DNA of 64,000 bases from Planctomycetota bacterium (GCA_965248445.1 CBDFJG010000004.1:1440001-1504000); one strand, 5' to 3'. Positions 27,457-38,812 are shown, counted from the stretch's first letter. Made by a program: numbers and translations. The notes: generated from the sequence alone by a model not told the origin.

Positions 27457-27482
27457 GGGCGGGGGTGGAACCCCGCCCCTAC
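27457..27482 (-). repeat. GTAG-type REP palindrome
   Basis: Minus strand GTAG-GGGCGGGG-TTCCAC-CCCCGCCC; related copy at 48625-48650. Confidence 0.65.
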
Positions 27483-28762
27483 TTCCACTTGGAGGTCTCG
27501 ATGATTCGCCAGAAGCCGGCCTTGATGTCGTCTTCGGCGCCGAGGCGCACGGTGATCTCGAAGCGCATGAGGATGTGGTCGACCTTCGTCAGATAGACGC
27601 GCGTCTCGGCCGCGCCCCACGTGCTCCAGATGCCCTTGTTCTCGCCGATCGCCGTGATGACGGTGAATTCGCGGCCGCCGAACTTGGTCTCCTCGACGCC
27701 CGGCTCACCACCCTTTATCTGCGAGAAGCGGTCCTCGTTGAACTGCTTCAGGTAGTAGTCGACGCCGTTCTTCATGGACTTGATGTCGCCGCGAGTCATG
27801 TTCGTCTGCCAGGCGTCGAAACGGCCCCAGCTGTTGTCCTCGTCGTCGCGATTGGCGATGCGCGAGCGCAACTCGCCGTGATCCGGCTCGATGAACGACC
27901 AGCCCGCGCCTTCGGGGAGCGTGAGCGTGTAGCCGTACGCGACGTCCGACCAGTCCTTCAGAGCGGCCCAGTCCGTCGGCGGCGCATCCGGGTCGGGGAA
28001 CTTGAAGCCCTTCTCGTTCTCGTCCCAGAACTCCTTCCACTTGGCCCCGTCGCCGATGTCCACGCCGGTCAGCTCGGCGAGCGTCTCGGTGATCGCGCCC
28101 TTTGCTGCGTCGTACGCCGCGCGCTGCTCCGTGCTCATCTTCGCCGCGCCGCCGCCGCCTCCGCCGGTCGACTCGGTCATCTGCAACCACTTGACGAGGT
28201 TCTCGACCACCTCGCCCTTCGGGACGGTGCCGTACGCGCGGATGGCCTTCGTCGAGAACTGCGGCTTCATCGGCAGGTACTTCTTCACGGCCTTCTCGAG
28301 GGCGCCGCCCATCTTCGGGTCGCGGTAGTGCTTCGCGGCGGTCAGGTACGCCTCGTAGAGCTTCGGCTTGTCCTTCGGCATCTTCTTGTCGCCGATCTTG
28401 GACTTGACCGTCTTCTGGAACTTCGGGTCGTGCCGCCGCGCGACTTCCACGATGCACCACGCGGCGAGCTTGTGGTGCTTGCTCTTCGTCAACTTGATGA
28501 ACGCGGCGGTGACGCGCTGATCGATGTTTTCCTTCAGGCCGACAGCGGCCTTCATCCCGTCCGATTCGCCGTCCTTCGGCTTCGCGGTCGCGAGGAGGCT
28601 TGCGACCTCATCGTCGATCTCGTCGGCGTTCGCGGCCGACGTGACCGGCGGCAGGAGAGGCGTGGACGGGGCGATCGCCAGCGCGGTGAACGCGGCGAGG
28701 GCGCCGAACGCCGCTGCGGCGGCCGTCGCGGCCAGGATGGGGGTGCGCCTGTTCGGGCTCAT
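27479..28762 (-). CDS. Secreted Lys-rich hypothetical protein, HEAT-like N-half
   Basis: Ala-rich signal peptide, helical repeats ending LAELTGVDIGDGAKWKEFW, C-terminal beta domain. Confidence 0.75.
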   Translation of the reverse strand: MSPNRRTPILAATAAAAAFGALAAFTALAIAPSTPLLPPVTSAANADEIDDEVASLLATAKPKDGESDGMKAAVGLKENIDQRVTAAFIKLTKSKHHKLAAWCIVEVARRHDPKFQKTVKSKIGDKKMPKDKPKLYEAYLTAAKHYRDPKMGGALEKAVKKYLPMKPQFSTKAIRAYGTVPKGEVVENLVKWLQMTESTGGGGGGAAKMSTEQRAAYDAAKGAITETLAELTGVDIGDGAKWKEFWDENEKGFKFPDPDAPPTDWAALKDWSDVAYGYTLTLPEGAGWSFIEPDHGELRSRIANRDDEDNSWGRFDAWQTNMTRGDIKSMKNGVDYYLKQFNEDRFSQIKGGEPGVEETKFGGREFTVITAIGENKGIWSTWGAAETRVYLTKVDHILMRFEITVRLGAEDDIKAGFWRIIETSKWK

Positions 28763-28945
28763 TCTGTGGTCCTCCGACGGGGCAGAAGGGTGCCCCGTTC
28801 CCAACACGCAAGGAGCATACCAGCGGGAGCCTGCCGCGCGAACGGCCAGGGCGAGACACCCGGGCGGGTTGGACCGGAGAGGGTGAGCCTGCTCTACTGC
28901 CGCCCCCGCAAGCACTTGCGACGATTCTCTCGGCTCCCCCTCACC

Positions 28946-29671
28946 GTGCGACTGCGTTCCCTCCTGCCGCGATCGTTACGCGATCGCCTCGACCTACATC
29001 GCTCCGCGGTGACGCGATTCGTGGAACGGGTGTCCTCCGAGCTGCCCGCCGGGACAAGCGTTCTGGACGCGGGGGCGGGGGAGGGGCCGTACCGCGAGCT
29101 CTTCGCCGAGACGCGCTACGTCGCCGTGGACGACGGGCGCGGAGACGAGCGCTGGGACTACCGGGGACTTCACGTGTCTGGGGATCTCCTTCGGCTGCCG
29201 ATCGGCGACGGCGCGTTCGACGCAGTCCTCGCGACCGAGACGCTCGAGCACCTGACCGACCCCGGCGCGTTCGTGGCGGAGGCCGCGAGGGTGCTGCGTC
29301 CCGGCGGACAGCTGTTCATGACTGCGCCGCTCTCGTTCAAGGAACACCAGCAGCCGCACGACTACTTCCGGTTCACGCGCTACGGACTGCAGCTCTTGCT
29401 CGAGCGCGCCGGCCTGGAGGCGACGTCGGTCGAGCCGGAGGGCGGGTACTTCCGTTTCCTGGGCGACAAGATCCAGCCGGCGCACCGCTACCTGTTCTCG
29501 AAGGACCGCGCACTCGTTTGGCGCATCCTGTTCCTGATCTTGCAGCCGTTCTCGATGATCTTCTTCACGGTCTTGGTGCCGGGCCTTTGTGCGCTGCTGG
29601 ATCCGCTCGACAGGAAACGCGTGCACACAACCGGGTTCCTCGTCACCGCCACCAAGCCCGGAGAGGCCTGA
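28946..29671 (+). CDS. Class I SAM-dependent methyltransferase
   Basis: VLDAGAGEGPY, FDAVLATETLEHL, RVLRPGG, PHDYFRFTRYGL. Confidence 0.9.
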   Translation: MRLRSLLPRSLRDRLDLHRSAVTRFVERVSSELPAGTSVLDAGAGEGPYRELFAETRYVAVDDGRGDERWDYRGLHVSGDLLRLPIGDGAFDAVLATETLEHLTDPGAFVAEAARVLRPGGQLFMTAPLSFKEHQQPHDYFRFTRYGLQLLLERAGLEATSVEPEGGYFRFLGDKIQPAHRYLFSKDRALVWRILFLILQPFSMIFFTVLVPGLCALLDPLDRKRVHTTGFLVTATKPGEA

Positions 29672-29672
29672 C

Positions 29673-30662
29673 ATGCGTCTGGCCGTTCTGACGCAGGACC
29701 CGGCGGGGCCGGTAACTCGCCACCGTGTGCGCGCGCTCGAGCCGCACCTGCGTGCGGCGGGATTCGACGTGGACGTGCACGCGATCCCCAAGCGCATCCA
29801 CGACCGGATGGTGCTCTTCCGGGCGCTGCGCGATGCCGATGTCGTGCTTCTCCAACGCAAGCTGTTCACGGTCGCCGAGCTGAGGATGCTGCGCCGCGCC
29901 GCGAAGCGGATCGTTTACGACTTCGACGACGCGGTGATGTACCGCGACCCGTTCCGTGGACGGCCGAAATCGCTGGTGCGCGCCCGTCGCTTCCGTGCCG
30001 TCGTGCGGACGGCGGATCTCGTGTTGGCCGGCAACGACTACCTGGCGGAACATGCGCGGGCGGTGGGCGACACCGCGGTGCACGTCGCGCCCACGGCGAT
30101 CGACACCGAGCGATACGTGCCGGGTCCGCAACGCGCTACGAACGGCGTCCGCGTCGGATGGATTGGCTCGCGCAGCACGCGGCCGTATCTGGGCCTGATT
30201 GACGGTGCGCTGTCCCACGCGGCGACCGCCACGAAAGATCTCACGTTCGCGGTCATGGCGGACCGGCCGCCGAACATGTCGTTCCCCGTCGACTTCACGC
30301 CGTGGAGCGAGGAAGCCGAGGTGCCGTTCCTGCAGTCGCTGGACGTGGGCGTTATGCCGCTCAGCGACGACGACTGGAGCCGCGGAAAGTGCGGCTTCAA
30401 GCTGCTCCAGTACATGGCGTGCGCCGTGCCGGCGGTGGCGAGCCGTGTCGGTGTGAACGTCGAGATAGCGCGCGGTGGCGGCTGCGTCGTCGTCGGTCCG
30501 GAGGAGTTCGCCTGGGCCGGCGCGCTGTGCGCGCTGGCGGAGAACGACGAGCAGTGGCTACCCGCAAGGGAGTACGTGGAGTCCACCTACTCCACCCGAG
30601 TGATCGGCCCGAGCGTCGCGGCGTCGCTACAGGAGTTGGTCGCTGCAGGGGCCGCGTCATGA
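29673..30662 (+). CDS. Glycosyltransferase family 4
   Basis: YDFDDAV, GWIGS, DVGVMPL, GKCGFKLLQYMACAVPAVAS. Confidence 0.9.
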   Translation: MRLAVLTQDPAGPVTRHRVRALEPHLRAAGFDVDVHAIPKRIHDRMVLFRALRDADVVLLQRKLFTVAELRMLRRAAKRIVYDFDDAVMYRDPFRGRPKSLVRARRFRAVVRTADLVLAGNDYLAEHARAVGDTAVHVAPTAIDTERYVPGPQRATNGVRVGWIGSRSTRPYLGLIDGALSHAATATKDLTFAVMADRPPNMSFPVDFTPWSEEAEVPFLQSLDVGVMPLSDDDWSRGKCGFKLLQYMACAVPAVASRVGVNVEIARGGGCVVVGPEEFAWAGALCALAENDEQWLPAREYVESTYSTRVIGPSVAASLQELVAAGAAS

Positions 30663-31591
30663 TCGGCGTCGTGATCGTCTCGTACCGGACGCGGGACAGG
30701 ACCGTCCGCGCTGCCGAGAGCGCGCTCGCGGAGGGCACCGATCGCGTTGTGGTGGTGGACAACGCTTCCGACGACGGCACGGTGGGCACCCTCCGCGGGA
30801 TCGCCGATGAGCGCCTGACGGTTTTCGAGAACCCGCGCAATGCCGGCTTCGGGGCGGCGTGCAATCAGGGGGCGGCGGCCTGCGGCGACGTCCGCCACCT
30901 ACTCTTCCTGAACGGTGACACGGTCGTGCTGCCCGGTGCGCTGTCCGCTCTCGTGCAGGCGCTCGACGACGACCCGGACGTCGGGATCGCGGGCCCGGCG
31001 CTCATCGATGACGGGGGCGCACATCAGGCCTCACGCCGCGGAGACCCGACCCCGCTCGCGCTGCTGCATCAGCACACGGCGCTGCGCTTCGTCCGGGTCG
31101 GGTCGGCGGCGTACCGCCGCTACAAGTCACCGAACCCGAAGGCAGCTGTCGAGGTGCTCATGGGCGCCGCACTCGCCGTGCGGGCCAGTGTGTTCCGCGC
31201 AGCGGGCGGTTTCGATCCGCGCTACTTCCTCTACTTCGAGGAGGCCGACCTTTGTCGCCGGGTCCGCGCGGCGGGCCACACGATCCGGCTCGTCGACTAC
31301 GCGGTCATTCAGCACGCCGGCGGAGTGAGCGCAGCGCGGGAGCCCGAGCGGGCGCTCGTGCTCTATCTGCAGAGTCTGTTCACGTACGTGGATCGCTTCC
31401 ACGGCCGCGGCGTCGGACTTGCCTATCGAGCCGTGTTCAAGCCGCTGTTCCTCGTGCGTATGGTGACCGACGCAGTCCGGGATGCGCTGACCCTCGTGTT
31501 CCGGCCGGCCAAACGTGTCGAGAAGCTGTCCGAACTGCGGCTGGCCGCGGGCTTCTTCCTGCGAGGGGTCTGGCGCTTCGCCGTCGCGTGA
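30659..31591 (+). CDS. Glycosyltransferase family 2
   Basis: VVDNASDDGT, NAGFGAACNQG, LFLNGD, GFDPRYFLYFEEADLC. Confidence 0.92.
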   Translation: MIGVVIVSYRTRDRTVRAAESALAEGTDRVVVVDNASDDGTVGTLRGIADERLTVFENPRNAGFGAACNQGAAACGDVRHLLFLNGDTVVLPGALSALVQALDDDPDVGIAGPALIDDGGAHQASRRGDPTPLALLHQHTALRFVRVGSAAYRRYKSPNPKAAVEVLMGAALAVRASVFRAAGGFDPRYFLYFEEADLCRRVRAAGHTIRLVDYAVIQHAGGVSAAREPERALVLYLQSLFTYVDRFHGRGVGLAYRAVFKPLFLVRMVTDAVRDALTLVFRPAKRVEKLSELRLAAGFFLRGVWRFAVA

Positions 31592-31654
31592 CGGCGCAGC
31601 CCTCGCGCGTGGCCCGCGGATCGCGCAGCGATTCTCGGCCACGCTTCGGGCGGG

Positions 31655-31693
31655 TGTCTCCCTCCTACGCGGTCTCCGACCGCTACGGAGGGC
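31655..31693. repeat. Dispersed 39-bp hairpin repeat, copy 2
   Basis: TGTCTCCCTCCTACGCGGTCTCCGACCGCTACGGAGGGC; differs from copy 1 only by compensatory stem changes. Confidence 0.8.
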
Positions 31694-31775
31694 CGCGGTC
31701 ACGGCGATTGCCCTGCAACTGCCGCGCCCTGCGCGATTTGGACTCCGGCTGCAGTCCCCCGCTTACCGTTCGGCG

Positions 31776-32879
31776 ATGGAGGCCTTCGAGCGCATTCTCG
31801 TGTTCCTTCCGACGTGGCTCGGCGACGTCGTGATGGCCACGCCGCTGGTGCGGGCGCTGCGGGAAGCGCAGCCCCGCTCGCGGCTGGATGTGCTCGTGCC
31901 GCCGGGCGGCGCGCGCGTCCTCGAGGGCGTGCCGTACGTGGATCAGGTGATCGTCTACGACAAGAACGGCGCTCATGCGGGACTCGGCGGGATGTGGCGG
32001 CTCGGCCGGTCTCTCGCGGAGACGCGCTACGACCTGGCCGTGTGCTGTCCGAACTCGTTCCGTTCGGCGTTGCTCCTCCGCTTCTCGGGGGCGCGGAGAC
32101 GGATCGGATGGTCGTACGGCGGGCGCGGGTTCCTTCTGACGGACCGGCTGGTACCCGAGATGCGTGGTCACCGTCGCGTGCCGCGCCCGATGCCGCAGTA
32201 CTACCTGGATCTCGCCCGCCGGCTGGGTGTCGAGATCCTCTCCGATCACTCGGAGCTCGCCGTCACGCCGACGGGGGAGGCGGAGGCGGACGCGTTCATC
32301 GAGCGCCACGGGGCTTCCGGCGACGCGCTCCTCGGTCTGAACGTCGGGGCGTCGTTCGGACCGAGCAAGCACTGGCGTGCGGATCGCTTCGCCGAGGTCG
32401 CCGCGCAGTTGCGCGACCAGCGCGGGCTGCGGCCCGTCGTGCTCTGCGGCCCGGGCGAGGAGGCGCTCGGCCGCGAGGTGGAAGACGCCGTCCGCGACGC
32501 AGGTGTGGCGGACGTGATCCGCACGAGCGACGACATGCTCTCCCTCGCGGCGCTGAAGAGCGTCGTCAAGCGGCTGGCGGTGATGGTCACGACGGACACA
32601 GGTCCGCGTCACTTCGCCATCGCGTTCGACGTGCCCGTCATCTGCGTGATGGGCTCGACCGATCCGCAGATGACCGATCAGCCGGACGCGCGGGGCGAAG
32701 TCGTGCGGCTCGACCCACTGCTCGAGTGCATGCCCTGCCACGAGAAGGTCTGTCCCCTCACGCATCACCGCTGCCTCGAAGACCTGGCGGCGGTGCCCGT
32801 CGTGGCGGCGGCCCTCCGCGCCCTCGACGAACCACCTCGCGCACGCACGGCTCCGGAGCACCGCCGCGCCTCGCAATGA
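31776..32879 (+). CDS. waaF: LPS heptosyltransferase II (GT9)
   Basis: PTWLGDVVMATP, PNSFRSA, GASFGPSKHW, TTDTGPRHFA, CMPCHEKVCPLTHHRC. Confidence 0.9.
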   Translation: MEAFERILVFLPTWLGDVVMATPLVRALREAQPRSRLDVLVPPGGARVLEGVPYVDQVIVYDKNGAHAGLGGMWRLGRSLAETRYDLAVCCPNSFRSALLLRFSGARRRIGWSYGGRGFLLTDRLVPEMRGHRRVPRPMPQYYLDLARRLGVEILSDHSELAVTPTGEAEADAFIERHGASGDALLGLNVGASFGPSKHWRADRFAEVAAQLRDQRGLRPVVLCGPGEEALGREVEDAVRDAGVADVIRTSDDMLSLAALKSVVKRLAVMVTTDTGPRHFAIAFDVPVICVMGSTDPQMTDQPDARGEVVRLDPLLECMPCHEKVCPLTHHRCLEDLAAVPVVAAALRALDEPPRARTAPEHRRASQ

Positions 32880-33765
32880 CGCGCTCTGCCACCTATCTCC
32901 TGATGTTCCTGCACGTGGCGCTCGCGGCGGGGAATTACGTTCTGGCGAAACCAGCGACAGAGGAGTTCGCGGACCCCGAGGCGCTGGCCCTCCTGCGGGC
33001 TCTGGGGGCCGGGGCGCTCGCGGTCTTGCTCTCCGATTGGTTGATTCCGCGACCGCGGTTCACTCCTGTCGAGTGGCTGCAGATCGGAGCACTCGGCGGG
33101 CTGCTGGTCGTGTTCCTCCGCGGGTTGGAGGACACGGAGCCTGCGCACGCGGCTCTGCTGTACGCGACCACGCCGGCCGCCGTGCTGGTGCTCTCGTCAC
33201 TGCTCGCCCGACGCCTGCCGACGCTGCTCCGCGCGGCCGGTGTGGGCGTCGCCCTCGTGGGCGTACTGCTGCTGCTTCGGCCGTGGGAGACGAGCGCGGA
33301 CGCCGGCATCCGCCGAAGCGGCAACCTGTGGATCGCGCTCGGAGTGTGCATGTGGGCGGTCTACACCGTTGCGGCCGGCCGATTGACGCGGCGTCACGAT
33401 GCGCGCACAGTCACGGCTTGGTCGCTGGCGCTCGGTGCACTGTGTCTCGTGCCGATCGGAATGCCGTCACTCCTCGCACTTGATGTGTCGAACGTGACGG
33501 TGCGCGGGTACGTCGGACTCGCGTACCTGATCGTCTTCACGAGCATCGCCATGATGCTGCTGTGGAACACGTTGCTGCGCTACCTCGAGCCCGTGCAGGT
33601 GGCGATCTGCGCGAACGCGCAGCCGGTCGCGACCGGACTGCTGGCGGGGGCGCTTGCGGCGGCCGGCTATCTGGCGACGGACCAAGACCTCGGATGGCTG
33701 TTCTGGTCGGGAACCGCCCTGGTGATGGCGGGGGTCACGCTCGTGCAGCGTTCGGAGAGGCCTAG
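32876..33765 (+). CDS. EamA/DMT family transporter, 3' end displaced by IS1380
   Basis: About 10 TM segments with two EamA halves. The frame reads through into the IS to a stop at 34174; the original tail SATPA* can be reconstructed at 35439-35454. Confidence 0.8.
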
Positions 33766-35434
33766 CCGCATCTGTTCACGAGACGTCGCGATGACGGTGC
33801 TTTCGGAGTCCACAGGGTCAGATCTTGGCCAGGCGAGGGCGGATGCTGTCGTCGTTGCCACAAGGGCAACGCGAGTGAGCGGCCGAAACGGCGCGGATTC
33901 TGCGGTGTGGGCAGACCGTAGGCCGGGCGGTGGTGTGGCGGACGGCGCGGCGGGACGTCAGGTCGGCTTCGGGGATGCCAGCAGTCGTTGCGCGCAGCGC
34001 TCGAAGACGTGCTGCCAGGGCCACGACGAGGACATCGAGACCCAGATCCGGCGCGTCGTGATCCGCACGAGCGCGCCGATCTTGAGCAGCCGCAGGCGGA
34101 TCGTGCCGGCTTGCGCACGCGCCATCTCGGTGCCGGCGAGACCGATGCGTCGCAGCGCACAGGTCAGGACGTAGGCCATGGCCGACATGGCCATCCGCAC
34201 GGCGTTGCCCTGCATCGTGTGCACCGACAGACGGGTGCCGAAGAGCTCGAGCTGCTGCTCCTTGATGCGATTCTCCGCCTCGCCCCGGGCGCAGTAGAGC
34301 TGCTCGTAGAGACGCTTGCTGCTCCAGCTACGAGGCGGCAGATTGGTCACCACGAAGCGGGGATTGCGCTTGCCGCCCGGCAGGTGCTCGGCCTTGGCGA
34401 CCACGCGACGCCTCTGGCTCCAGCTCCCCAGCGTGGTCCAGGCAAAGTCGCGAAAGACCCGGGCTGCTCGGCCGGTCTGCACGGCACGGGCTGCGGCCTC
34501 ATCGAGCGCGTCTTCGACGTGTCGCTCAAGGCGCTCATTGCGCGCCATGCCCAGCAGGTAGAAGTGGCCGGCGGCCTCGCACCAGGCCATCAGCTCCTCG
34601 CGGCAAAAGCCCGAGTCTGCGCGCACGAGCACCTTGGCCCGGGGCCAGCGGCGCCGCAGACGTAAGACCAGCGCACGGAGCTCGTCCACGACTCCGCGCG
34701 CGGGATCTCTGTCAGCGGTCTGGAGCCGAGCGAGCAAGAGGTGCTCGCCGCAGAAGACGTACAGCGGCAGGTAGCAGTAGTGCCCGTAGTAGCCGTGGAA
34801 GAAGCGGCCCTCCTGCCGGCCGTGCAGCCGCACGTCGGAGTGGTCCAGGTCCAGCACGAGCAGGCCCGGATCCTCCGGCCCCATGGCCTCGCAGAAGACG
34901 TCGCTGAGCACGCTGTCCACGCGCTCCTGGTCCATCTCGATCTTGGCGTAGCGCGTCTGTGCCGTGGCGCCGAGCTGCGTGGTCTCGAGCCGCGAGAGCG
35001 TCGGGTGCGTGGCCAGAGCACCCTCGCGCTTGCCGCACGCCGCGGCAAACAGCGGGTCCTTGCCGACATGGTCGTGGTCCACCAGATCCTCGTAGCCCGC
35101 GCACAGCCCGAAGACCCGCTGACGCAGCATCTGGCCGACCGTGTGCTCGACCCGACGCGGGTCCCGGTGGTCCCCGAAGCAGCGCGCAAACCGCGAGAGC
35201 AGATCGATGCGACGATCGGTCCGCTCGAGCAGCAGCACGCCCCCGTCGCTCGTCACGGTACCGGCGTCGAAGCGCGTCACCGCGGTGCGTCCACAGATGC
35301 CCGCGAAGAGGGTCCCCTGCGGGCTACAGTCTGTCGTCATCGGGCCGGCGCTCCTGTCGGTGCAAGTACTAGCGAGTACGAGCACTTAGACAGACGACGG
35401 CCCGCTCAGATTCCCGGCTGGTGAACGATTCGGG
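33766..35434 (-). mobile_element. IS1380-family insertion sequence with CTAG target duplication
   Basis: CTAG at 33762-33765 and 35435-35438. Imperfect ends CCGCATCTGTTCAC / GTGAACGATTCGGG. Confidence 0.88.
33958..35340 (-). CDS. IS1380-family DDE transposase
   Basis: FDAGTVTSDGG, GYEDLVDHD, LDLDHSD, HGRQEGRFFHGYYGHYCYLPLY, RADSGF, YCARGEAENRIKEQQ. Confidence 0.95.
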   Translation of the reverse strand: MTTDCSPQGTLFAGICGRTAVTRFDAGTVTSDGGVLLLERTDRRIDLLSRFARCFGDHRDPRRVEHTVGQMLRQRVFGLCAGYEDLVDHDHVGKDPLFAAACGKREGALATHPTLSRLETTQLGATAQTRYAKIEMDQERVDSVLSDVFCEAMGPEDPGLLVLDLDHSDVRLHGRQEGRFFHGYYGHYCYLPLYVFCGEHLLLARLQTADRDPARGVVDELRALVLRLRRRWPRAKVLVRADSGFCREELMAWCEAAGHFYLLGMARNERLERHVEDALDEAAARAVQTGRAARVFRDFAWTTLGSWSQRRRVVAKAEHLPGGKRNPRFVVTNLPPRSWSSKRLYEQLYCARGEAENRIKEQQLELFGTRLSVHTMQGNAVRMAMSAMAYVLTCALRRIGLAGTEMARAQAGTIRLRLLKIGALVRITTRRIWVSMSSSWPWQHVFERCAQRLLASPKPT

Positions 35435-36541
35435 CTAGCGCGACGCCGGCCTGACGACGCGCGCGTACATTTCGACCAGGCCGTCCGCCCAGACGTCCTC
35501 GGCGAACAGGGCTGCTCGCGAGCTCCCTGCGGCGGACAGACGCGTGTGCAGTGCGTCGTCGGCCAAGAGCCGGACCACGGCTGTTCCGAGGGCGGCCGGG
35601 TCGCGCGCTGGGACGTACAGCGCGGCGTCCCCGGCGGCGTCGCGGCAGCCCGCGAGATCTGTCGCCACGACCGGAACGCCCTCCGCGAGCGCCTCGAGCA
35701 CGAAGATCGGGAGCGCTTCGCTATCGGTTGCTAGGACGGCGACGCGCGCTCGACGCAGGAGGCCGCGCACGTCGGTCTCCGGCGGGAGGAAGTGGACGTC
35801 GTGGTCCCCGGCCGCCGCGCGCGCGTCCTCCGCAAGCGCGCCGTCGCCGACGAGCACGAATCGTGCGGAGTGCTCCGGGTCGAGCGCGGCAGCGGCGCGT
35901 ACGAACGTCACGGGGTCCTTCGGAGCGGCCAGCCGTGCGGCCATCACAACCAAGGGCTTGCCATCGTCCGGCAGCGCCGCCTCGTTACGATCAACGGCGC
36001 GCGGGACCGGATTGCGAAGGACGTGTGCGTTCTCGTCCGTCGCCAGGCGGTGCTCCAGCGCGACCGCGCGCTCGGCATCACCGACGCAGTGCAGCAGCGT
36101 GGTGCGTGGCGCGAGTCGCTGCTCGAGACCGAGATACCGCTTCCATTGCGGCGAGTCCTCTTCGTGATACGTGAAGTAGAAGCCGTGGGGGCTGTAGACG
36201 ACCGGCACTCCGCGCTTCATCGGCAGCGCGAGGCGGGCCAGCGCTCCGGCCTTCGCAGCGTGCGCGTGTACCACGTCGTGACCCGGCGCGAGCTTGCGCA
36301 GCCTGTACCCGGCGCCGGTGTCACTCATCGGGCTGATCGAGCGATGTAGGTCCAGGCGCACGACGTCCCAGCCGTGGTCGCTCGCCGCGTCCAAGAGGTC
36401 CTCGCCCTCGAGTGACGACAGCGCCGCCGTGCCGGTCACGCCCCGTTCGGGGAGACGGCGCAGCAGGGCCTCGATCACACGCGCGGCACCGCCGATCCCG
36501 GGACGGGCGCAGACGAGCACGCGCGGCGGGCGAACGCTCAT
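35435..36541 (-). CDS. Glycosyltransferase family 4
   Basis: HAHAAKAG, YSPHG, ARLAAPKD, EALPIFVLEALAEGVPVVATD. Confidence 0.9.
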   Translation of the reverse strand: MSVRPPRVLVCARPGIGGAARVIEALLRRLPERGVTGTAALSSLEGEDLLDAASDHGWDVVRLDLHRSISPMSDTGAGYRLRKLAPGHDVVHAHAAKAGALARLALPMKRGVPVVYSPHGFYFTYHEEDSPQWKRYLGLEQRLAPRTTLLHCVGDAERAVALEHRLATDENAHVLRNPVPRAVDRNEAALPDDGKPLVVMAARLAAPKDPVTFVRAAAALDPEHSARFVLVGDGALAEDARAAAGDHDVHFLPPETDVRGLLRRARVAVLATDSEALPIFVLEALAEGVPVVATDLAGCRDAAGDAALYVPARDPAALGTAVVRLLADDALHTRLSAAGSSRAALFAEDVWADGLVEMYARVVRPASR

Positions 36542-37680
36542 GGGCCCTGACTCCCGGACCATACGTAGTGCAATGAGTAGTCCCCGGCCGCGTGTGTTGC
36601 CCTCGCCTGCGCGGCGCCACGTGCGCCCAGGGAGAGCCGCTGACGGAGGTCCGGGTCGAACAGCACCCGCTCCAGCGCGGACGCCAGCGCAGCCGGATCC
36701 CCGGGTGGCACCAGGAGCCCGGCGGTGCCGTCGAAGACCGCCTCGGGGATGCCGCCGACCCGCGTCGCCACGGTGGGTACGCCGAGTTGCGCGGCCTCGA
36801 GGAGCACCAGTCCGAGGCCCTCGTGTCGAGATGAGAGCACCACGACGTCGGCGGCTGTGAGCGCGTGCCGCGGGTCGTCGACGAACCCGTGCACGATCAC
36901 GCGCGGATCACCGGCCGCCTGCTCACGGATCTCGGATTCGAGCGGCCCGCGCCCGAGCAGGACGAGACGCGCGTCGCCCGGCACGCGCGCGAACGCTTCG
37001 AGGAGCGTGCGGTGGTCCTTCTGCGGCACGAAGCGCGCGAGGCACACGGCCAGCGGGGTACCGGGCAGAACGCCCGCGTCACTCCGGAACGTCGCCCCGT
37101 CACCGGGCGCCATCGCCGGAGGGTCGTACGGGATCACCTGCATGCGCTCCCACTCCTCGCCGAGTGTGTCGACGAAGAAGGTCTGCACCCCCTCGGAGAT
37201 CGCGACCACCGCGTTCGCCCGTCCGGCGACGCGACGCGCCACCGCCCGCAGCGCGCGCGGTTTCGGTCCGTCGCCTGCGAGGTGCGCATCCTCGTTGTGC
37301 TTCGTCGAGACGAGTCGCGGACGCGTGCGGCCCTCGCGGGGTCCGCACAGCGCGGCGCCGAGGCAGTCGGCCTTGAACAGATGGGTGTGCACGACTTCCG
37401 GGTCCAGGTATCGGACCAGGCGCCGCGCCCGCCCGTAGGAACCGGCCTGTCCGAGGAGAGTCCGGCCCAGGTCGTGGACGGTCGCGCCTGCCGCCTCGAA
37501 CTCGGGGGTCAGCTCGCCCGGCCCCTTGAGGTACGCCACCGAGCTCGCCACCTTGGCGCCGTTCACCCTCTTCCGGCGGAAGCTGCGCACCAGGCCCAGC
37601 AGGGCGTTCTCCGCCCCCCCGCGGTCGAGCGTGGTGATCAGGTGCAGCACCCGCAGGCTGCGGTCTCCGGGCGTGCTCAC
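36538..37680 (-). CDS. Glycosyltransferase family 4
   Basis: LHLITTLDRGGAE, HTHLFKAD, PQKDH, EGLGLVLLEAAQLGVPTVATRVGGIPE. Confidence 0.9.
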   Translation of the reverse strand: MSTPGDRSLRVLHLITTLDRGGAENALLGLVRSFRRKRVNGAKVASSVAYLKGPGELTPEFEAAGATVHDLGRTLLGQAGSYGRARRLVRYLDPEVVHTHLFKADCLGAALCGPREGRTRPRLVSTKHNEDAHLAGDGPKPRALRAVARRVAGRANAVVAISEGVQTFFVDTLGEEWERMQVIPYDPPAMAPGDGATFRSDAGVLPGTPLAVCLARFVPQKDHRTLLEAFARVPGDARLVLLGRGPLESEIREQAAGDPRVIVHGFVDDPRHALTAADVVVLSSRHEGLGLVLLEAAQLGVPTVATRVGGIPEAVFDGTAGLLVPPGDPAALASALERVLFDPDLRQRLSLGARGAAQARATHAAGDYSLHYVWSGSQGP

Positions 37681-37712
37681 AGGTGGGCGCCTCCGGACTG
37701 TATCCTGCCCGC

Positions 37713-38783
<1,071 letters not shown>

Positions 38784-38812
38784 TTGCTGCCGCGCGTGAC
38801 GGAGGAGGAAAG

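Noticed and set aside
27173..28945. Long N-terminal extension of the methyltransferase ORF
   Set aside because: It is the antisense of the 27479-28762 gene; the methyltransferase domain starts near 28946.
33090..33125. Possible short in-frame deletion in EamA (GGLLVVFLRGL seems short)
   Set aside because: Cannot be established without an alignment.
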